The notes beneath the pieces are model-generated. The model was given only the letters and a program-made list of their open reading frames with translations, was not told the DNA's origin and did no database searches. 64,000 nucleotides of DNA. Source: a bacterium (GTDB taxonomy: Bacteria; UBA8248; JACPRG01; G963555815). Positions 59,778-64,000 of this stretch are shown here, one piece after another; the stretch's first letter is position 1, and the number at the start of each line of letters is the position of its first letter. The DNA lies in NCBI GenBank assembly GCA_965261595.1, contig CBDHDG010000002.1, forward strand, positions 256,001 through 320,000. Reading direction: 5' to 3'. A program made the position numbers and the translations under genes.

Positions 59778-60803
59778 TTGGACATCCTTTGGGATTATTT
59801 CTTTTGGGTCTCGATCGGCGCGGCCACCATCCGAATCGCCACGCCCATCCTTTTCGCCGCCCTGGGCGAAATCATCGCGGAAGACGCCGGTTTCCTGAAC
59901 ATCGGCATCGAAGGGATGATGACGATGGGCGCCTGGGGCGGATTCATGGGCGCCTATTTCTTCGGCGGGGTCTGGGCGGGCGTGTTGACAGGCGCGGCCA
60001 TCGGCTTCCTGATCGGTCTCCTGTCCGGGTGGCTTTGCATCGGCCGCGGCGCCGACCAGATCATCACGGGCATCATCATCAATATCTTCTGCCTGGGCAT
60101 CACCAGTTTGACGTACAAAAAAACCTTCGAAAAGATGACGGATCTCCCGGAGGTCGAATCGTTCATGCCTTTTCAGGTTCCTTTCTTGGGCGATCTCGAT
60201 CTTATCGGACCGATCCTCTTCCGGCACATCCCCCTGGTCTATTTCGCGCTCATTCTGGTGCCGGTGTTCTGGGTCCTGATCTTCAAGGTGTCCTGGGGGC
60301 TGAAGCTTCGCGCCGTGGGCGAGCACCCCGAGGCCGCCGACACGGCCGGGATCAACGTGTGGCGCGTCCGGTACCTGGCCGTCGGCGTGGGGGGCGCGAT
60401 GGCGGCCCTCGGCGGGGCGACGCTCTCCATCGGCCAGTTGAACATCTTTATGGATAACATGACGTCCGGCCGGGGATTCATCGCCTTGGCCGTGGTCGTG
60501 TTCGGCGGGTGGAATCCCTGGAAAGTCTTGGGCGCGTGCCTGCTTTTCGGTTTTGCGGAAGGTCTTCAATTGCGGCTTCAGGCCCTGAATGTTCCGGTTC
60601 CACACGAATTCCTGTTGATGATCCCTTATGTTCTGACGATTGTGGTTTTGGTCGGCGGCGCCGGCAAGGCGGAATATCCCGCCGCGATCAACATCCCCTA
60701 TCTGAAGAAACGGACGCGGGGAAAGACGCCGTCCCAAGCGGCGTCCGCGGAGAATGGACTCCTCGAAACGGCCGATTCCCATCATTCGCGGGTGGGGTCA
60801 TAA
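59778..60803 (+). CDS. ABC transporter permease (nucleoside type)
   Basis: ATPILFAALGE, NIGIEG, LRAVGEHPEAADTAG, GRGFIALA. Confidence 0.92.
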   Translation: MDILWDYFFWVSIGAATIRIATPILFAALGEIIAEDAGFLNIGIEGMMTMGAWGGFMGAYFFGGVWAGVLTGAAIGFLIGLLSGWLCIGRGADQIITGIIINIFCLGITSLTYKKTFEKMTDLPEVESFMPFQVPFLGDLDLIGPILFRHIPLVYFALILVPVFWVLIFKVSWGLKLRAVGEHPEAADTAGINVWRVRYLAVGVGGAMAALGGATLSIGQLNIFMDNMTSGRGFIALAVVVFGGWNPWKVLGACLLFGFAEGLQLRLQALNVPVPHEFLLMIPYVLTIVVLVGGAGKAEYPAAINIPYLKKRTRGKTPSQAASAENGLLETADSHHSRVGS

Positions 60804-60806
60804 ACT

Positions 60807-63202
60807 GTGGATTCCGGCCAACCGCCATGGTTTGGCGCCAGGATGGAAAGAAAAGAAGACCGCCGCTTCCTCACCGGCCGGGGCCGGTATGTCGATGACA
60901 TCCCTTGCCCGGGCGTTTTGCATGCGGCGTTTTTGAGATCTCCCTACGCGCACGCCCGGATTGTCGACCTCGATCTCTCCGGCTGTCAGGCCGCGGGCGC
61001 CGTCGCCGCGTACAAGGCGGAAGACCTGGGCGCGCTCTGGCGGCCTTTCCCCACCCCGGTTTTCCATCCCGATTTGCGGGGGCGGAACTGGGTTCCCCTG
61101 GCCAAGGACAAAGTCAAATTCGTCGGAGAGCCGGTCGCCGTGGCCGTGGCCGAAACGCGGGCCGCCGCGGAAGACGCCCTGGACGCCGTTCAGGCGAAGT
61201 TTGAAGTTCTCCTCGCCGCAAGCCACCCTGTCCAGGCCCTCGAACCCGGGGCGCCGCTCGTCCATGACGAGCTCGGAGATAACCTGGCCGTTCACCTGGA
61301 GGCCAAGATAGGAGACGTGGAAAAGGCGTTGGCCGATTCTCCCCATGTCGAAAAACTTCAACTGAACATCCAGTGGGGCGGCGGCGGCTCGATGGAATGC
61401 CGTGGAGTCCTGGCGCAATATGATTCCCTTTATGACAAGCTTCTCCTTTACTCCTCCACGCAGATTCCCCACTTTGTTCGCCAGAAGCTCTCCGTTCTTC
61501 TCCAACGGCCCGAAGAATCCATAGACGTGGTCGCCACGGACGTGGGAGGGGGGTTTGGACCCAAGGCGACGTTTTACCCGGAAGAATTCGTCGTCCCTTG
61601 GCTGGCGATCCGGTTGGAGCGTCCCGTCAAGTGGACCGAGGACCGGCTGGAATACATCCAAACCGGGGTTCAGGAGCGGGAGCAAAGGCACGATGTCACC
61701 GTAGGCTTCGACGGTGAAGGACGAATCCTGGCGTTGAAGGTCCAAGCTGTCGTGGACCTGGGAGCCTATCCGGCGTGGGGGATCGTCGTGCCCATTTTGA
61801 CGTTGATGTCCATCCCCGGCCCCTACAAGATCAAGCACTTTTTGGGCGAGATGGACGTCTCGCTTACACCCACCGGGTCGCGGTTGCGCCTGTCAGGGGC
61901 GCGGGACGGCCCCAGGCGACCTTCGTCATCGAGCGCACCATGGATCATATGGCCCGGAAGCTGGGTCTCGACCGGACGGAGGTGAGGTTCAGGAATTTTG
62001 TGCAGCCCGAGGATTTCCCCTATGTGGTCGGCCTTCCGACCCGCGAAGGCGTGATGACCTATGACAGCGGTGATTACCCGGAACTTCTCCGGCGCGTCCT
62101 GGCTCAGGCCGACTATGCGGCCCTGAAAAAAAGGAAAAACCATTCCGCAAAGGAGGAGGGGGAGGGGGAGGGGGAGGGCCGTTCGGGGAAACTCCTCGGA
62201 GTCGGAATCTCCTTCAACATCGAGGAGACGGGGGCGGGCCCTTTTGAAGGCGCCAGGATACGCGTTGAGCCGGACGGACGAGTCGTGGTTTCAACCGGGG
62301 CCTGCTCTCAAGGGCAGGGCCACGAGACCATCTTTTCACAGGTCGCGGCTGACGCCCTTGACGTTTCCCCGGAAGACATCACCATCGTGGAAGGAGACAC
62401 CCGGCACATCTCCTACGGGATTGGAACGCTGGCGAGCCGGAGTTCGGTCACGGTGTCCTCCGCCATTGTGCTGGCGGCCGGGGCGCTCCGGGAAAAGGCG
62501 ATTGCGCTTGCCCGGGAATACTTCGAGGCCGGCGGGGAGGACCTGGACATGAGGGAAGGGCGGGTTTTCGTCAAAGCGGCGCCGGATCGCTCGGTGACTT
62601 TGGGAGAGCTTGCCGCGTTCTCTTTGGGCGCTTCGCCGGGGATCATCCTCCCGCCGGGGATGAAACCCGGATTGGAGGCGGAAGAGTATTTTGCGCCCGA
62701 AAAGGCCGCTTACTCCGCCGGCGCGCACGTGGCAGTGGTCGAAGTCGATCCCGAAACCGGTTTCGTCAAGGTCCTTCGGTATGTCGCGGGACATGACTGC
62801 GGGAAGATGATCAACCCCCTTTTGGTGGAGGGCCAGATACGCGGCGGCGTGGTCCACGGATTGGGAGACGTCCTCATCGAAGAAGTGGCGTTCGATGACA
62901 GCGGCCAGCCGTTGGCCTCCACCTTTTTGGATTATCTTCTCCCTCTTGCCTCGGACGTCCCCGCGATTGAAACCCTTTCCATGGAAACCCCCTGCCCCGA
63001 TAACCTTGTCGGGGTCAAAGGGGCGGGGGAGAGCGGGACAATCGCCGCGGTGGCCGCCATCGTTTCAGCCGTCGAAGATGCCCTGGCGCCCCTGGGGATC
63101 GAGATTCGGGAATCTCCCGTCACGCCGGCGAGATTGAACGAGCTGATTCGGGGCAAGGAGAGAACCGAAGATGAAAAACGCCCTTCCGAACGGCAATGTT
63201 GA
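60807..63202 (+). pseudogene. Xanthine dehydrogenase/CoxL-like molybdopterin-binding subunit, one frameshift near 61860
   Basis: RKEDRRFLTGRGRYVDD, VGGGFGPK in frame 1; PVRGAGRPQ, YDSGDY, QGQGHET, EGQIRGG, GVKGAGESG in frame 2. Confidence 0.85.
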
Positions 63203-63272
63203 AGCCGCCGGATGAGCCGTAGCGAAGAGCGGGAGAAGCGTTTCGCTCGAACCCCATCCAGCGGGAGGAAAC

Positions 63273-64000
63273 ATGTCCAACGCCGTCTATATCGGTCAGG
63301 GGCTTGCGCGATCCGACGCCCCTTTGAAAGTCACCGGCCGAGCAAAATTCGGGTCCGACCACGATAAGAACGACATGCTCTTTGGGCGTGTCCTGCGAAG
63401 CCCTTACCCGCATGCCAAAATTCTGGACATCGACACCTCGGCCGCGGAAAGGCTTCCCGGGGTGAAGGGTGTTGTTACGGGGAAACCTCTTGTGAAACCC
63501 GTCGGGATGTTTCTTCAAGATGAACCCCTTTTGGCCACGGATCGTGTCCGTTACCGGGGCGAGGGGGTTGCGGCCGTTGGGGCCGTTTCCGAAGACATCG
63601 CCGAAGACGCCCTTTCTCTCATCCGTGTCGAGTATGAAGAATTGCCCGCCGTTTTCGATCCCGAATCCGCCATGGCCGAAGACGCGCCGCGTGTTCATGA
63701 AGACAAGGAAAATGCCATTGACAGGTTCCGCGTGACGTTCGGTGATGTGGAGCGGGGATTTCAGGATGCCGATGTCATCGTGGAGAACCGGTACACCACC
63801 GGGCGGGTGGCCCATCTTGCCTTGGAGCCCCGGTCCACCCTGGCTACGTATGATTTGGGCGGTAAGCTCACCGTAGAGAAATCCTCCCAGTCGGTTTACG
63901 GCGAGCGCGCGCTGCTCTCCGAAGCCCTGGGAATCCCTCAAAGCAAGATCCGCGTCGTGAGCTCCTTCGTGGGCGGGGCCTTCGGAAGCAAGGAGGAGCC
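63273..64000 (+). CDS. Xanthine dehydrogenase-family molybdopterin-binding subunit (partial, runs off the window)
   Basis: Own translation MSNAVYIGQGLARSDAPLKVTGRAKF..LRSPYPHAKI..VGGAFGSK; RBS GGAGGA. Confidence 0.88.
   Translation, partial: MSNAVYIGQGLARSDAPLKVTGRAKFGSDHDKNDMLFGRVLRSPYPHAKILDIDTSAAERLPGVKGVVTGKPLVKPVGMFLQDEPLLATDRVRYRGEGVAAVGAVSEDIAEDALSLIRVEYEELPAVFDPESAMAEDAPRVHEDKENAIDRFRVTFGDVERGFQDADVIVENRYTTGRVAHLALEPRSTLATYDLGGKLTVEKSSQSVYGERALLSEALGIPQSKIRVVSSFVGGAFGSKEE

Noticed and set aside
62152..62178. GGGGGA hexamer repeat (EGEGEG) as a phase-variation tract
   Set aside because: Unit length is a multiple of 3 in a probable loop, so slippage would not switch the frame
60807..63202. 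True aerobic CO dehydrogenase CoxL
   Set aside because: The active-site loop is PVRGAGR, not the form I AYxCSFR; no coxM/coxS seen in the window

Overview
GC-rich bacterial window (taxon not determinable from sequence alone) made up mostly of accessory catabolic genes. From left to right: a two-component locus (disrupted MASE3-GAF-PAS hybrid kinase plus two receiver proteins); scattered enzymes (IorA-like, 2-hydroxyacid dehydrogenase, GlcG, LVIVD, NMT1 binding protein, a degenerate PGI, a TPP enzyme, a VOC dioxygenase); an IS cluster at about 17.7-25.4 kb (IS630, two IS3, IS1380 relics) around an orphan hflK; a long minus-strand amidohydrolase/LLM/CoA-enzyme cluster with a GntR regulator; a plus-strand cyclase-UbiD-Mo-hydroxylase-MBL operon followed by a selenocysteine-containing GrdB-like gene and a GrdE/GrdI-like gene lacking GrdA/C/D; and a triple-RidA / BMP-ABC transporter / DUF1989 x2 / Mo-hydroxylase locus. 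Points of most interest: the Sec-recoded orphan reductase B module, an unlisted 52-aa ribbon-helix-helix-like ORF that resembles the C-terminal tail of the adjacent DUF1989 protein, a single-chain RidA pseudo-trimer, and two diverged copies of a multi-hairpin element with compensatory changes. Several genes carry frameshifts or internal stops; these may be real decay or long-read assembly errors. No rRNA, tRNA or CRISPR array was recognised. All family assignments are by motif recognition by eye; no database searches were run.
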